DNA from: Burkholderiaceae bacterium
GTDB lineage: Bacteria > Pseudomonadota > Gammaproteobacteria > Burkholderiales > Burkholderiaceae_D
Assembly: GCA_018882935.1 (NCBI GenBank)
Contig: VERA01000001.1
Span: 7,505 to 71,504 of the forward strand
Direction: 5' to 3'
DNA: 64,000 nucleotides
This document shows, piece after piece, positions 62,536-64,000 of the stretch. Within the stretch, counting starts at the first letter, position 1, and the number at the start of each line of letters is the position of its first letter. Both the position numbers and the translations under genes were made by a program. Below the pieces are notes generated by a model. The model did no database searches. It had not been told where the DNA came from and was given only the letters and a program-made list of their open reading frames with translations.

Positions 62536-62862
62536 TACGTCTCTCCCCCCTAGGAATTTTTTTGGGTCAGCGGTCTGAGGGTTGATTTCTCGAACCATTG
62601 CCCCAGGGCAATTACTGTAATGCTAATTTATATGTCATCGCAACAACATTTTCAAGGGGTTCAAGAAAATTTGCCCGTAATACAAGATCTTTTTTTTAAG
62701 ACATTTGCCCCATCGACAACAAATAACTTCCAGGTCATTAAAAAACCATTAAAAAACAATGGGTTAAGCTCTAAGCTGAGGCGTCTGCATACGCGCGACC
62801 GAAAACTGGGCGCAGACGCAACGCCGCACGCCGGTCAGTTAAATACTTAGTACAAGTGCAAT

Positions 62863-63882
62863 TTATTTACAGGCAGCGCGCGCCTCTTCCAGTAAACGCT
62901 TGCCATCAAACCCGCGCGCGTTCATGTCTTTCACCCATTCATCGTCGATCTGATTAGTCGCAGTCACCCAACGCTTTAACTCGGCATCGGGCAACACATA
63001 AATCACGTTCTTGCGCTGCTCGGCACTCTTGCGGCCCGGTGCTGCATCTTCGGCAAACAACTTACCCACCCAGGCAGATGCATCAGCACCGCTGTTGTTA
63101 TCGATGACTTTTTTCAAATCGGGGGACAAGCTATCGTATTTCGCTTGGTTCATGGCAAATACAAACACGGCATTCAGCATCTGCGGCGAACCCATCGGAG
63201 ACTCGGTGTGAAATTTGGTGATTTCTTCAAACTTCATTGATGGCACGACCTCCCATGGAATCAGTGCGCCATCGATCACGCCCTTCGATAAGGCTTCAGC
63301 AGCTTGCGGCAATGGCATTGGTACTGGCGTAGCGCCTAATGCGGCGATCATCTTGGTACCGAGCCGTGTCGGCGCACGCACCTTCATGCCTTTCAGATCT
63401 TCCAAAGTCTTGACCGGCTTCTTGGTGGTATTCAAGAGTGCGCCATCATGCACATGAAACAGCAGCGGCTTGACACCTTTGAACTCGGCAGTCGCGTTCT
63501 TCATGGCGTAATGCCACAGCCCTCGACTGGCACGCTCAGAATCATTGATCATGAACGGCAACTCAAATACCTCTGATACCGGAAAGCGCCCTGCTTGATA
63601 TCCAGGTACTGTCCAAATAATATCGGCGACACCATCCTTGGCCTGATCAAACAGTTGCTGCGGCGTCCCGCCAAGTTGCATCGACGGATAAATTTGGCAT
63701 TTCAATTTGCCACCTGATTCCTTGGCAATTTTTTCGCACCAAGGAACGATAAAGCGCGCGTGCGTCGTCGACGCCGGTGGCAGAAAATGATGCACCTTGA
63801 GCGTCACTGTCTGAGCCGAAACGCTGATAGCGGACATGGCCGTCATCAACACAATAAGCGAGCGAACGCAGCGAACTAGCAT
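62863..63882 (-). CDS. dctP: TRAP transporter substrate-binding protein (DctP family)
   Basis: Signal peptide, LKVHHFLPP, IYPSMQLGG, EDLKGMKVRAP (conserved Arg), FVFAMN. Confidence 0.9.
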   Translation of the reverse strand: MLVRCVRSLIVLMTAMSAISVSAQTVTLKVHHFLPPASTTHARFIVPWCEKIAKESGGKLKCQIYPSMQLGGTPQQLFDQAKDGVADIIWTVPGYQAGRFPVSEVFELPFMINDSERASRGLWHYAMKNATAEFKGVKPLLFHVHDGALLNTTKKPVKTLEDLKGMKVRAPTRLGTKMIAALGATPVPMPLPQAAEALSKGVIDGALIPWEVVPSMKFEEITKFHTESPMGSPQMLNAVFVFAMNQAKYDSLSPDLKKVIDNNSGADASAWVGKLFAEDAAPGRKSAEQRKNVIYVLPDAELKRWVTATNQIDDEWVKDMNARGFDGKRLLEEARAACK

Positions 63883-63907
63883 GGAGGCCTCCTGTGGGGG
63901 TGTATTT

Positions 63908-64000
63908 TTAGTTGCCGAAAGTATGCACGAGATAAAGCGACAGCACCGGGAAAAATACCAGCAGCAGAATGCGCAGTAGATCCGAGGCCAGGAAGGGAAG
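63908..64000 (-). CDS. dctM: C-terminus of a TRAP large permease (5' part outside the window)
   Basis: Manual translation LPFLASDLLRILLLVFFPVLSLYLVHTFGN*, typical of DctM termini. Confidence 0.75.
   Translation of the reverse strand, partial: LPFLASDLLRILLLVFFPVLSLYLVHTFGN

Overview
This is a 64 kb chromosomal segment of a betaproteobacterium (Burkholderiales, most likely Oxalobacteraceae, judged from gene order and a family-typical small HTH protein). It is mostly core genes: leuC-entericidin-leuD-leuB-asd, aroC, metY, wrbA, tRNA-Pro/tRNA-Arg, glmM-folP-ftsH-rlmE, greA-carB-carA, an OprO/P-type porin divergent from ppx, glnA-ntrB-ntrC and prfC. It ends with an aerobic benzoyl-CoA (box) catabolic cluster and a TRAP transporter. 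An accessory-looking block (about 16.3-26.7 kb) abuts the tRNA-Arg 3' end. It holds a Cys-less Fnr/FixK-like regulator, modE/porin/modA without modBC, a five-gene cassette (RodZ-like HTH, FixJ-like regulator, XRE protein, full RodZ paralog, 7TM histidine kinase) and vapBC. The most striking unannotated signal lies in the usp-boxA intergenic region: a ~68-nt anti-Shine-Dalgarno sRNA, plus, about 200 nt upstream on the same strand and just before the apparent box-operon terminator, an 18-nt segment that can pair with 15 of the first 17 nt of that sRNA. The ribosome-binding sites of bclA, boxC, boxB and metY also match the sRNA seed, suggesting an sRNA/3'-UTR-sponge/target circuit. All calls come from reading the sequence and the supplied ORF translations; no database searches were run.
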